DNA from: an uncultured Solirubrobacterales bacterium
GTDB lineage: Bacteria; Actinomycetota; Thermoleophilia; Solirubrobacterales; 70-9
DNA length: 64,000 nucleotides
Assembly (NCBI GenBank): GCA_963846165.1
Contig: CAWJUU010000004.1
Coordinates: forward strand, 8,143 to 72,142
Direction of reading: 5' to 3'
The notes under the pieces were generated by a model. The model saw only the letters and a program-made list of their open reading frames with translations, made no database searches and had not been told where the DNA came from. Both the position numbers and the translations under genes were made by a program. This document shows, piece after piece, positions 50,291 through 59,543 of the stretch. How positions within the stretch are numbered: position 1 is the first letter of the stretch; each line of letters starts with the position of its first letter.

Positions 50291-51105
50291 GCGTGACCCG
50301 CCCGATCACCTTCCTCTCCGACTACGGCACAGACGACGAGTTCGCCGGCGTCTGCCGGGCGGTGATCGCACGAATCGCGCCCGAGGCGCGGGTGATCGAC
50401 CTGACCCACGGGATCGCCCGCCACGACGTGCGCCACGGCGCCGCGGTGCTCGCGAGCGCGCTTCCCTTTGCCCCGCCGGGCATCCACCTGGCGGTGATCG
50501 ACCCCGGCGTCGGCTCGGGGCGCAGGGCGGTTGCCGTGGCGGCCGCCGAGGAGGACCGGATCCTGGTCGGCCCCGACAACGGCCTGCTCAGCCTCGCGAT
50601 CGCGCGCTTCGGGGGCGCGGTCGAGGCGGTCGACATCTCGCTCTCGCCGGCCCGCCTCGAGCCGGTCTCGGCGACCTTTCACGGTCGCGACCTGTTCGCG
50701 CCGGTGGCGGCGCGGCTGGCGCTCGGCGACGAGCTCGTGCGCCACGGCGAGCCGGTCGAGCCCGACTCGCTCGCGCGCGTCGACCGAACCGCGCCAGAGA
50801 TCGAGCCCGGGCGCCGGCTCGAGGCCGAGGTCTCGCACGTCGATGCCTTCGGCAACCTCTCGCTGCTCGCGACCGCGGCCGATGCCGACGACGCCGGGCT
50901 CGAGCCGGGCAAGCGGCTGCGCGTAGGCGAGCCGCAGCGCTCGGACGAGGCCGTCTATGCGCTCACCTTCGCTGACGTGGAGCGTGGCGAGCTGGTGTTG
51001 CTGGTCGACTCGGCGCGCTCGCTGGCGCTCGCCGTCAATCACGGCGATGCCTCGCGCCTGCTCGACCTCGCTGCCGGCGACCGGGTCGCGCTGACGGCGC
51101 TGTGA
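50287..51105 (+). CDS. SAM hydrolase / SAM hydroxide adenosyltransferase family (DUF62)
   Basis: ITFLSDYGTDDEFAGVCRAVI...VIDPGVGS...TFHGRDLFAPVAA. Confidence 0.8.
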   Translation: MSVTRPITFLSDYGTDDEFAGVCRAVIARIAPEARVIDLTHGIARHDVRHGAAVLASALPFAPPGIHLAVIDPGVGSGRRAVAVAAAEEDRILVGPDNGLLSLAIARFGGAVEAVDISLSPARLEPVSATFHGRDLFAPVAARLALGDELVRHGEPVEPDSLARVDRTAPEIEPGRRLEAEVSHVDAFGNLSLLATAADADDAGLEPGKRLRVGEPQRSDEAVYALTFADVERGELVLLVDSARSLALAVNHGDASRLLDLAAGDRVALTAL

Positions 51106-51815
51106 CCGAGTTCGGCCATCCGCATCTGCACCTGCGGCGGACCGACTCGACCAACGACCGAGCCCGCGAGCTGGCCGCGTCCGGGGCGCCGAGCGGCTCC
51201 GTGGTCACCGCGGCGGAACAGCACGCCGGCCGCGGCCGCCGCGGGCGCGTCTGGTCGGCGCCGGCGGGCCGGGCGCTGCTCTACTCGGCGATCCTGCGCC
51301 CGCTCGAGCTCAAGCACTTGCTGCTGCCGCTCTCGGCCCCGGTCGCGGTCTGTGAGGCGATCGAGTCGGTAACGGAGATCGAGGCCCGGATCAAGTGGCC
51401 GAACGACATCTGGATCGACGAGGCGAAGGCCGCGGGAGTGCTGATCGAGGCGCGGCCGCCCGAGTGGGCGGTGATCGGGATCGGCGTCAACGTCTCGATC
51501 GAGGCGGATGAGTTCCCCGACGACCTGCGCTGGCCGGCGACCTCGATCGCGGGCGGCGCGAGTGTTGATGCCGTCCGCGACGCGCTCTCGGCGGCGCTCG
51601 GTGGCTGGATCGAGGCGCCGCAGGCCGAGACGCTGGCCGAATTTCGCCGTCGCGACGCGCTCGCCGGCCGCGAGGTGAGCTGGGAGGGAGCCGGGATCGA
51701 CCCGGGCTCGGGCATCGCTGTCGGCGTCGACGACCGCGGCAACCTGATCGTCGAGCCCGCGACCGGAAACCGTCTCACCCTCGGCTCCGGCGAGGTCAGC
51801 CTGCGGCCGGAGTGA
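51102..51815 (+). CDS. birA: biotin--[acetyl-CoA-carboxylase] ligase (no HTH domain)
   Basis: QHAGRGRRGRVWSAPAG; KWPNDIW. Confidence 0.85.
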   Translation: MTEFGHPHLHLRRTDSTNDRARELAASGAPSGSVVTAAEQHAGRGRRGRVWSAPAGRALLYSAILRPLELKHLLLPLSAPVAVCEAIESVTEIEARIKWPNDIWIDEAKAAGVLIEARPPEWAVIGIGVNVSIEADEFPDDLRWPATSIAGGASVDAVRDALSAALGGWIEAPQAETLAEFRRRDALAGREVSWEGAGIDPGSGIAVGVDDRGNLIVEPATGNRLTLGSGEVSLRPE

Positions 51816-51840
51816 CGACTAGGCGCTCGAGCAGCCGCGC

Positions 51841-52212
51841 TCAGCCCTGCGGCATGTGGCAGACGGCCTCGATGTTGTTGCCGTCCGGGTCGAGCACGAA
51901 GGCACCGTAATAGTGCTCGTGGTAGATCGGCCGCCGGCCCGGCTCGCCGTTGTCGCGTGCGCCGGCGCCGATCGCCGCCTCGTGGAAGGCGTCGACCGTG
52001 GCGTGGTCGGGAGCCTCGAAGGCGATGTGTGCCGAGGGCGTCTGCGGGTCTCGTTTGGCGATCCAGAAGTAGGGCTTCTGGTCGTCACCGAAGCCGCAGG
52101 CGATGCCCTCGAAGTCCATCAGCGGCTTGATCCCGAGCGGCTCGAGCGCGGCGACGTAGAAGCTGCGCGCGGCGGCGAAGTCGCTGACGTTGACGCCGAC
52201 GTGATCAAGCAC
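51841..52212 (-). CDS. VOC/glyoxalase family protein
   Basis: MLDHVGVNVSDFAAARSFY...HIAFEAP...YGAFVLDPDGNNIE. Confidence 0.8.
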   Translation of the reverse strand: MLDHVGVNVSDFAAARSFYVAALEPLGIKPLMDFEGIACGFGDDQKPYFWIAKRDPQTPSAHIAFEAPDHATVDAFHEAAIGAGARDNGEPGRRPIYHEHYYGAFVLDPDGNNIEAVCHMPQG

Positions 52213-52222
52213 GGAACCGATC

Positions 52223-54715
52223 CTAGTCGTCTGCGGCGCCGGCGTCGTCGTCGCCGGCGTCGTCGAGGCGCTCGCGCTCGCGCCCCTTGGCCGCCTCAGC
52301 CTGCTCGCCGCCGCCGTTACGCTTCGAGGAGCGACGGCGACGTCGCTTGCCGCCCTTGGGGAAGTTGCGCAGGAGCTCGCGCGCCACCGCCGAGGGCTTG
52401 CGAGCCATCCGCATCCGCGCCCCGCGGAGGACCTCTTCGGCCTCCGGCGTGTGCGCGACGGCCGCCGCGAGCAGGGCGACCGCCAGCCGGCGGTCCTGCT
52501 GACGTGCGGCGTGCACGATCCGCCGGGCGTTGCGCCCGTGGGCGCGCCCGGAGGAGTTCACGAACAGGCCCAGCAGCCGCTTGGTCTCGGGCCAGCGCTG
52601 GACCGCGTACTCCTCGTGCAGCTCGCGGGTGATCTCGGCCAGGCGCCAGACCCACGCCTGGGCCTGGTCGCGACGACCGATGCGGCGCTCGGCGAGCGCC
52701 TGGAGCAGTACCTTGGCGCCCGCGCGACGCTCCTCGCGCGGCCAGGTAGCGACCACCTCGACGGCGTCGTCGAACGGCTCGGGCTCGCGCAGCGCCGCGG
52801 CCTCGGCCAGCGCCTTGAGCCGGAGCTGGTGATTGCGGTTGCGTTGTAAGCAGGTGAGCAGGAAGCGGCGGCGCAGCTCCTTCGCCTGGTCGTGCTGGAT
52901 CATCGCCTTCGCGCGGCGCCAGTTGTTGGCGGTCACGCGCGCGCCGGCGAGCGCCGCCCACGCATGCTGCTCGGAGTAGTTGAGGTTCTCGACCGCGATC
53001 CGCCAGAGCTCGCGCTCGAGCACCGCGAGCCGGCGCTCGGGGTCGGCGGAGACGGGGACGACTCGGCGCTCGACCCGGACCCGGCGCCCGCGCCCGCGGC
53101 GCACCGGGCCGACGACGATCGCGCCGCCGCGGTAGACGTCACGGTCGAGCAGGCTGTGCAGCGAGACCACGGTCTCGTCATGGGTGGTCGCCGGGTGAAC
53201 GAAGTCGATCACCAGCCCGGCCTCCTTGCCGGGGTTGCGGCGGGTGACGCGGCCGACCCGCTGCTGGTAGACGCGCCGCGACGCGGTCGGCGCCAGGTGC
53301 ATGCAGATCGTCGCGCGGGGCGAGTTCCAGCCCTCGGCGAGCAGCATCGCGTTGCAGAGCACGTCGACCTCGCCGCGCTCGAATGCGGCCAGGATCTCGG
53401 TCAGCTCGCGCTTCGGGGTCTCACCGGAGACGGCGCGCGCGTTGATGCCGGCCTTCTGGAACGCCTTGGCGACGTTATTGGCGTGCCTGACGCCGGCGGT
53501 GTAGATGACGCCCGGGACGCGCCTGAACCTCGACTGGTAGAGGTCGGCGATGGCGACGTTGAAGGGCTCCTGGTCGAGCAATGCCGCCAGCTCTTCCTGG
53601 TCGAAGTCCTGGTCGACTTCGCCGCGGCGCAGCGGCACCTTGGCGATCGTGCGCACGCCCGGGCCGGGCGGGATGCGGATGCAGCGAAGCGGCGCGATCA
53701 CCCCTCGCCGCGCCGCCTGGGCGAGGTCGAAGCGCGAGGTCTGAGTCGGGAAGAGGTCGGCGACGTGGCGCGCGATCAGCGCCCCGGTCGCGGTCATGCC
53801 GATGAACACCGGCCCGGTCCAGCGGCGGATGCAGGCGCTCGTCTTCTCCCCGAGCGCAGTGTGGGCCTCGTCGCAGATCACGATCGAGTAGGCGTCGGAG
53901 ACGCGGCCGGCGTTGCGAACGAACCATTGGTAGGTCTCGACCGTGACCGGGCCGTAGGGGTGGTCTGCGCCGTCGAGCAGTGCCGGCGAGAGCCGCTCCT
54001 TGTAGCCGCGGTCCGAGATCTCGCCGATGAACTGGTCGACGAGGTTGCGGCGGTGGGTGAGGATCAGGACGCCGCCGGTGCGCGACGCGTCGATGAAGCC
54101 GACCGCCGCCACCGTTTTGCCGGCGCCGGTCGCGTGCTCGAACCAGAACCTGCGGCTCGCGCCCGGGTCCTCGGGCGCCTCCGCGACCACGTCCTCGTCT
54201 TCCTCGGCCGGCTCGTCCCAATCCTGCGGCTCCTCGTCGGGCTCGAGCACATCGTTTTCGTCGAGCTCGGGATCGCCGTTCGGGCCCGCGGCCTCGCCGT
54301 TGCCCTCGGCGGGGGCCTTGGCCGCCCCGTTGCCGCGTCCGTTGCGGCGTGCCTCGCCCTCCGGGCTCTCGAGCTCGGCGGTGATCGCCGCCAGCGTGCC
54401 TGCGAGCACGTCGACCTGGTGCTCGTTGAACTCGGCGCCGTCGAGCAGCACCGGCTTCTCGTCCCAGAGCAGGCGTTCGAGCCCGAGCAGCAGCGAGTAG
54501 TCGCGGCGCCACTCGAACGACGGCACCTCGGCACCCGCGTTGAGCTCCTCGAGCGCGGCATCGACGGCGCGGCGCCGGGCAGTCCCGGGGGCGAGGTCGG
54601 CGATCGTCTCGCCCTCGAGCAGGATCGGCTCACGGGTGAACGCCCGCACCCGGTCGAGGTCGGCCTCGGTCAGCGCGCGAGCCGCGCCTGCGGCAACGTC
54701 GGTGGTATTGGCCAT
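52223..54715 (-). CDS. SF2 DEAD/DEAH-box (ResIII-type) helicase with a long C-terminal extension
   Basis: ATG 54715. Motif I HATGAGKTV, motif II VICDEAH, III GMTATG, VI QRVGRVTRR. About 330 aa of unassigned C-terminus ends in a KRRRRR/acidic tail. Confidence 0.8.
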   Translation of the reverse strand: MANTTDVAAGAARALTEADLDRVRAFTREPILLEGETIADLAPGTARRRAVDAALEELNAGAEVPSFEWRRDYSLLLGLERLLWDEKPVLLDGAEFNEHQVDVLAGTLAAITAELESPEGEARRNGRGNGAAKAPAEGNGEAAGPNGDPELDENDVLEPDEEPQDWDEPAEEDEDVVAEAPEDPGASRRFWFEHATGAGKTVAAVGFIDASRTGGVLILTHRRNLVDQFIGEISDRGYKERLSPALLDGADHPYGPVTVETYQWFVRNAGRVSDAYSIVICDEAHTALGEKTSACIRRWTGPVFIGMTATGALIARHVADLFPTQTSRFDLAQAARRGVIAPLRCIRIPPGPGVRTIAKVPLRRGEVDQDFDQEELAALLDQEPFNVAIADLYQSRFRRVPGVIYTAGVRHANNVAKAFQKAGINARAVSGETPKRELTEILAAFERGEVDVLCNAMLLAEGWNSPRATICMHLAPTASRRVYQQRVGRVTRRNPGKEAGLVIDFVHPATTHDETVVSLHSLLDRDVYRGGAIVVGPVRRGRGRRVRVERRVVPVSADPERRLAVLERELWRIAVENLNYSEQHAWAALAGARVTANNWRRAKAMIQHDQAKELRRRFLLTCLQRNRNHQLRLKALAEAAALREPEPFDDAVEVVATWPREERRAGAKVLLQALAERRIGRRDQAQAWVWRLAEITRELHEEYAVQRWPETKRLLGLFVNSSGRAHGRNARRIVHAARQQDRRLAVALLAAAVAHTPEAEEVLRGARMRMARKPSAVARELLRNFPKGGKRRRRRSSKRNGGGEQAEAAKGRERERLDDAGDDDAGAADD

Positions 54716-54909
54716 CAGTGAGTAAGGGGGAAAGAACCGGTCCCGCGCTCGCCACGTGATCCAGGTTGAGGACGGCGAGCGAAGTAAGCTCGGATGAGGC
54801 GGGCGCCGGGCCGGAATCCCCTCCGGTCGGACCGACGACCCCCCGCGGTCCAAGAACTTGGGACCGACCTGAATTGAACCACACTGGCCGGTAATTGGGC
54901 TCTCGAACG

Positions 54910-55491
54910 ATGAAAACGGTGCTGATCGTGCTTGCTGCCGGGCTCTGTGCGGCGGCCGTCATTTACGTCCTCACCTCCGACGAGGTCGATTCCGGCGACC
55001 CCGGGGCCGCGAATCCGGACTCCGCGGCGACCGACTACGAGGCCGCGCTCGCCGGCGCGCCGCCGCCGCTCGCCGACCTCTACGCACAGGGCGATGCGCT
55101 GATCGAGGGCGGCCCCGAAGGGTTCGAGACCCAGCTCGCCGAGCTCGAGGGCCATCCGGTGGTGGTCAACAAGTGGGCCTCGTGGTGCGGCCCGTGCCGG
55201 TTCGAGTTCCCGTTCTTCCAATCGCAGGCGGCAAAGCGCGGCGACGAGGTCGCCTTCATCGGCATCGACTCCGACGACTCCCCCGACGCGGCCGAGACCT
55301 TCCTCGAGGAGTTCCCCGTTCCGTATCCGAGCTTCAGCGACCCCGACCAGGAGATCGCTCGGCTGATCGACGCGCGCGAGTTCCCGGCGACCGCTTTCTA
55401 TGACTCATCCGGCGAGCTCGTCCACACCCGCCTCGGCGGCTATCCCGACGAGGCGACGCTCGCAGCCGACATCGACAAGTACGGGAGCTGA
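54910..55491 (+). CDS. TlpA/ResA-like thiol:disulfide oxidoreductase
   Basis: ATG 54910. TM anchor; VVNKWASWCGPCRFEFP (WCGPC). Confidence 0.8.
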   Translation: MKTVLIVLAAGLCAAAVIYVLTSDEVDSGDPGAANPDSAATDYEAALAGAPPPLADLYAQGDALIEGGPEGFETQLAELEGHPVVVNKWASWCGPCRFEFPFFQSQAAKRGDEVAFIGIDSDDSPDAAETFLEEFPVPYPSFSDPDQEIARLIDAREFPATAFYDSSGELVHTRLGGYPDEATLAADIDKYGS

Positions 55492-56169
55492 TCAGCCCGA
55501 GGGCGAGGCGACGCAGCGGTACTGGCGCGCCGCCCCCACGGCCACCTCGCTCTGAACGCCGTTGTCATTGACCACCTGGACGAAGTTGGTGATCGTCGTG
55601 CCGTCGTCGTCTCCATGCCGGGTGTCGGTCCACTCGCCGATCGCGATCAGCGTGATTCCCGGCTCGAGCCGGAACTGGTGCAGCTCGGCGATCGTCGGGA
55701 GCCGCCGGTTGAGGCCGACACAGGTGTCACCGGCCGTCCCCCAGACAGCGCCGGGACGGAGGTCGGTCTCGATGCACGCGCCCTCGAGGTAGCTCGTTCC
55801 GGTCGGGCACTGGAAGCCGAGCTCGGCAGCGGTCTCGGAGAGACCCACCTGGCCGTCGCCGATCTTCGCGGCGCCTACCGCGCCATCGGCGATCTTCGCG
55901 GTGCCCACCGCTCCGTCGCCGATCTTCGCGGCCCCGACGGCTCCTTCGCCGATCTCGCCGCCGCCGATCGCTCCGTTGGAAATCTCCGAAGACCCGACGG
56001 CGTCCGCCTTGATCTCGCTCGCTCGCACCGCGTCCTTGGCGATCTGCTTCGCCTTGACGCTGTTCTTGGACAGGCTGGCGGCATAGACGCCACCGCCGAG
56101 CGCGATGAACACCGCCAGGGTCGCCATCAGGTTCGCGTACGTCAGCCTTGCGCGCATGCGAGTCAGCAT
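55492..56169 (-). CDS. membrane-anchored repeat protein with a Cys-containing C-terminal domain
   Basis: ATG 56169. TM (LMATLAVFIALGGGVYAA), about seven 10-aa repeats (xDGAVGxAKI), then CPTGTSYLEGACI...CVGLNRRLPTIAELHQF...YRCV. Confidence 0.6.
   Translation of the reverse strand: MLTRMRARLTYANLMATLAVFIALGGGVYAASLSKNSVKAKQIAKDAVRASEIKADAVGSSEISNGAIGGGEIGEGAVGAAKIGDGAVGTAKIADGAVGAAKIGDGQVGLSETAAELGFQCPTGTSYLEGACIETDLRPGAVWGTAGDTCVGLNRRLPTIAELHQFRLEPGITLIAIGEWTDTRHGDDDGTTITNFVQVVNDNGVQSEVAVGAARQYRCVASPSG
55831..56070. repeat. in-frame 30-bp tandem repeat, about 8 units, inside the CDS at 55492-56169
   Basis: Units start at 55861, 55891 and 55921 with an identical gatcttcgcgg. Later units are degenerate (gatctcgccg, aatctccgaa, gatctcgctc, gatctgcttc). 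Confidence 0.8.
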
Positions 56170-56267
56170 GTTCTTCCCCTCTCGGACACCTGCCCTGACG
56201 GCCATTCTCCATTCGTCCCCGGATGGAATCCGCGAGGCCGAGCTCGCCGGTAGCGGATAATCAGGGT

Positions 56268-57611
56268 ATGCGCCCGCGGATGCAGATTTGGCTCTTCTCG
56301 CTCCTCGCGGGGCTGCTGCTGCTGCCGGGAGCGGTCGGCGCGCAGAGCTCGCAGACCGTGCCCTCGATCGAGCTCTCGGGGACGATCGACCCGGCGACCG
56401 AGAAGTGGATCGGCTCGGCGCTCGATGACGCGGCCGACGACGGTGCCCCGCTGGCGATCATCCGCCTCGACACACCCGGCGGGCTCGACACCTCGATGCG
56501 CGAGATCGTCCAGGAGATCATCGACGCGCCGATGCCGGTGGTCGTCTACGTCTCGCCCGACGGCGCCCGCGCCGCATCGGCGGGCGTCTTCGTCACCGAG
56601 GCAGGCGACGTCGCCGCGATGGCGCCGCAGACGAACATCGGCTCGGCGAGCCCGGTCTCGCTCACCGGCGCCGACATCGACACCGTCCTCGGCGAGAAGA
56701 TCGAGAACGACGCCGCCGCCTATGCCCGCGCGCTCGCCGGCGCCCACGGCCGCAACGGCCAGCTCGCCGCCCGGACGGTGACTGAGGCCGAGAACGTGAC
56801 CGCGACCGAGGCGCTCGACGCCGGCCTGATCGACATCGTCGTCGCCAGCGAGGAGGAGCTGCTCGCCGAGCTCGACGGGTTCCGCGTCCAGGGCCCAAAG
56901 GCGCAGGCGCTCGACACCTCAGGGCTGGTGATCGACCAGCGCGACATGCCGTTCCAGTACGAGCTGCTCCAGATCCTCGTCAACCCGACGATCGCCTACC
57001 TGCTGCTGCTCGTCGGCCTGGTCGGGATCGCGATCGAGATCTTCAGCCCGGGGCTGTTCATCCCCGGGACGCTCGGCGTCGTCTGCTTCCTACTCGGCGC
57101 CTACGGCACCGCCCAGCTCCCGGTGACCGCCGCCGGAATCCTGCTGCTGGTCGTCGGCATCGCCTTCATCATCGCCGAGGCCCACTTACCCACCAACGGC
57201 ATCCTCGGCGCGATTGGGGTGGTCGCGCTCGCGCTCTCGGGGCTGCTGCTGTTCGACACCGGCAGCGACCAGTTCGAGGTCTCAGTCCCGGTGGTGATCA
57301 CGATCGCAGTGCTGCTGGGCGGCTTCATGGTCTTTGCGACCACCAAGGTTGTCCAGGCGCGCCGCAACCCGGTCATGGGCGGCCCCGAGCAGCTCATCGG
57401 CGCCCCCGGCGACGTTCGCGTCGCCCTCGACCCCGCCGGGCAGGTATTCGTCGGTGGGGCGCTGTGGCGCGCGACGCTCGCCGACGGCGCGGATGGCGAC
57501 GAGGCTGAGCGGGTGCGCGAGCGCGGCGCTAGAGTGCGGGTCGAGTCGGTAGATGGGTTGACGCTTCGCGTCCGCCCGGCGCAAGAGGACGAAGAGGAGG
57601 CGCAGGAGTAG
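56268..57611 (+). CDS. NfeD-family membrane-bound ClpP-class protease
   Basis: ATG 56268 with a signal peptide. [14 protein letters not shown], a TM block, and a C-terminal OB-fold NfeD domain. Confidence 0.8.
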   Translation: MRPRMQIWLFSLLAGLLLLPGAVGAQSSQTVPSIELSGTIDPATEKWIGSALDDAADDGAPLAIIRLDTPGGLDTSMREIVQEIIDAPMPVVVYVSPDGARAASAGVFVTEAGDVAAMAPQTNIGSASPVSLTGADIDTVLGEKIENDAAAYARALAGAHGRNGQLAARTVTEAENVTATEALDAGLIDIVVASEEELLAELDGFRVQGPKAQALDTSGLVIDQRDMPFQYELLQILVNPTIAYLLLLVGLVGIAIEIFSPGLFIPGTLGVVCFLLGAYGTAQLPVTAAGILLLVVGIAFIIAEAHLPTNGILGAIGVVALALSGLLLFDTGSDQFEVSVPVVITIAVLLGGFMVFATTKVVQARRNPVMGGPEQLIGAPGDVRVALDPAGQVFVGGALWRATLADGADGDEAERVRERGARVRVESVDGLTLRVRPAQEDEEEAQE

Positions 57612-57613
57612 AG

Positions 57614-58426
57614 ATGGTTGGCCTGATCGTCGCCGGTGTGATCGCGGTCTTCGTCCTCATCCTGCTCGCCTCGGCGATCCGGATCCTGCGCGAGTACGAG
57701 CGCGGGGTCATCTTCCGCCTCGGCCGCCTGATCGCCCAGAAGGGCCCCGGCCTGATCCTGCTGATTCCGATCATCGACCAGATGGTCCGGGTCGACCTGC
57801 GGACGATCACGCTCAACGTGCCGCCCCAGGAGGTGATCACCAAGGACAACGTCACCGTTCGGGTGAACGCGGTCGCCTACTTCCGTGTCGTCGACCCGAA
57901 CAAGGCCGTCACCGAGGTCGAGAACTTCCTCCTCGCGACGTCGCAGATCGCGCAGACGACTCTGCGCTCGGTGCTCGGCAAGGCCGAGCTCGACGCGCTG
58001 CTCGCCGAGCGCGAGCGCCTCAACGTCGAGTTGCAGCAGATCATCGACGAGCAGACCGAGCCCTGGGGGGTCAAGGTCTCGACGGTCGAGGTCAAGGACG
58101 TCGAGCTGCCCGCCGACATGCAGAAGGCGATGTCCCGCCAGGCCGAGGCCGAGCGCGAGCGGCGGGCGAAGATCATCGCCGCCGACGGCGAGTTCCAGGC
58201 CGCCGAGAAGCTCTCGCAGGCGGCGAACATCATCAGCCGCAACCCGGCCACGCTCCAGCTTCGCTACCTGCAGACGCTGGTCGAGATCGGCGGCACGAAC
58301 AGCTCGACGATCCTCTTCCCGCTGCCGATCGACCTGCTCAAGCCGCTGCTCGAGCCGGCGGCGCCTTCGAGCGTCGCGCCACCCGACCTGCCGCCGACGC
58401 GACCGGCGTCCGACGCGCCTTCCTGA
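57614..58426 (+). CDS. SPFH/Band 7 (stomatin-like) protein
   Basis: [18 protein letters not shown]...[17 protein letters not shown]...[14 protein letters not shown]. Confidence 0.9.
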   Translation: MVGLIVAGVIAVFVLILLASAIRILREYERGVIFRLGRLIAQKGPGLILLIPIIDQMVRVDLRTITLNVPPQEVITKDNVTVRVNAVAYFRVVDPNKAVTEVENFLLATSQIAQTTLRSVLGKAELDALLAERERLNVELQQIIDEQTEPWGVKVSTVEVKDVELPADMQKAMSRQAEAERERRAKIIAADGEFQAAEKLSQAANIISRNPATLQLRYLQTLVEIGGTNSSTILFPLPIDLLKPLLEPAAPSSVAPPDLPPTRPASDAPS

Positions 58427-58430
58427 TCCG

Positions 58431-59486
58431 CTGAGCTCACCCGAGGTCCGGATAGACCAGCTCACCGGCCTGCGGGCGATTCTCGCCCCGGGCCGCGCCG
58501 AACGCCCGGACGCGTTCGCGCCCACGCCGCCGCAGACGCGGCCCGACGCGGCCGAGAGCTGCCCGTTCTGTGAGGGGCGGGAGGACCGCACGCCACCCGA
58601 GGTCTGGGCCGAGCGCCCGGGCGGCGGAGCGCCCGACACGCCGGGCTGGACCGCGCGCTCGGTTCCCAACCTCTATCCGGTGCTTGGCTCGGGGGGCGAC
58701 GGCGAGTCGGCCGCCGCGGCACCCGAGACCGGGCTCGCGAGCTCGATCGACCCGCTCGCCGCCTCGACGCGAATCGCCGAGGCCGACCTGTTTCGCTCCC
58801 AGCCGGCCGCGGGCGCGCACGAGGTGATCGTCGGCGCGCCCGAGCACGTGACCTCGCTCGCTCAGCTCTCCGACGAGCGGCTCGCAGGCACGGTCGCCGG
58901 CTGGCGCGAGCGAATGCGCGCCCATGCCGAGGCGGCCTATGTCCACCTGATCGTCAACGAGGGCCCCGACGCGGGCGCGTCGCTCGAGCACAGCCACGCG
59001 CAGCTCTACGCGCTCGGTTTCGTGCCCGCGGAGATCGCCCGCGAGCGCGAACGCGCGACCGCCTACCACGAGCGGACCATGGGCTCGCACCTGCTCGAGG
59101 ACGTCGCAACCGAGGAGGTGCGCCGGCGCGAGCGGCTGGTCGCCTTCGACGACGAGGCGTTGCTGATCTGCCCCTGGGCCTCGCGGGCGCCGTTCGAGCT
59201 CCGCGTGATCCCGCGACGCCCGGTGGCGCGCTTCGAGGAGGACGAGGGCGGTGCGGCGATGATCGCCACCGCCCTTCGGGCCTTCGCCGGTGCCCTCGGC
59301 TCGATGCCGCAGTTCAACCTCTGGGTGCGCACCGCCCCGCGCGCAGCGGAGGAGTTCTGCTGGCACGTCGACATCGTCCCCAGGCTGACCATACGAGCCG
59401 GGTTCGAGATCGGCACCGGGGTCGAGATCAACGTCTACGAGCCCGAGCGCGCCGCCTCGGACCTGCGCGAAGCGCTCGGCCGCTGA
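58431..59486 (+). CDS. galT: galactose-1-phosphate uridylyltransferase (HIT family); start codon unresolved
   Basis: RIDQLTGLRAILAPGRAERP, CPFCEGRE, and the HSHAQ histidine-triad variant. There is no ATG/GTG/TTG upstream of the conserved N-terminus after the SPFH stop. Confidence 0.7.
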   Translation: MSSPEVRIDQLTGLRAILAPGRAERPDAFAPTPPQTRPDAAESCPFCEGREDRTPPEVWAERPGGGAPDTPGWTARSVPNLYPVLGSGGDGESAAAAPETGLASSIDPLAASTRIAEADLFRSQPAAGAHEVIVGAPEHVTSLAQLSDERLAGTVAGWRERMRAHAEAAYVHLIVNEGPDAGASLEHSHAQLYALGFVPAEIARERERATAYHERTMGSHLLEDVATEEVRRRERLVAFDDEALLICPWASRAPFELRVIPRRPVARFEEDEGGAAMIATALRAFAGALGSMPQFNLWVRTAPRAAEEFCWHVDIVPRLTIRAGFEIGTGVEINVYEPERAASDLREALGR

Positions 59487-59543
59487 TCCGTCCATTCGCC
59501 GGTAGGCTGGCCCTGGGACGACCACGGAGCAAGGAGGAGACGG

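Noticed and set aside
49399-51042. 547-aa antisense ORF opposite cobA/hemD and the DUF62 gene; similarly 61625-63518 opposite hutH
   Set aside because: These are long stop-free antisense frames, as expected at this G+C. They have no recognisable motifs, whereas the sense frames carry strong family signatures.
55831-56070. 30-bp periodic repeat considered as a possible CRISPR array or other non-coding repeat
   Set aside because: There are no unique spacers between the units. The period is a multiple of 3 and the repeat is in frame inside a long ORF with a TM anchor, so it is a coding tandem repeat.
56268-58426. NfeD-SPFH pair as a candidate novel system
   Set aside because: This is a well-known, widespread operon partnership (a membrane protease with a stomatin-like scaffold). 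Nothing is atypical here apart from the abutting galT.
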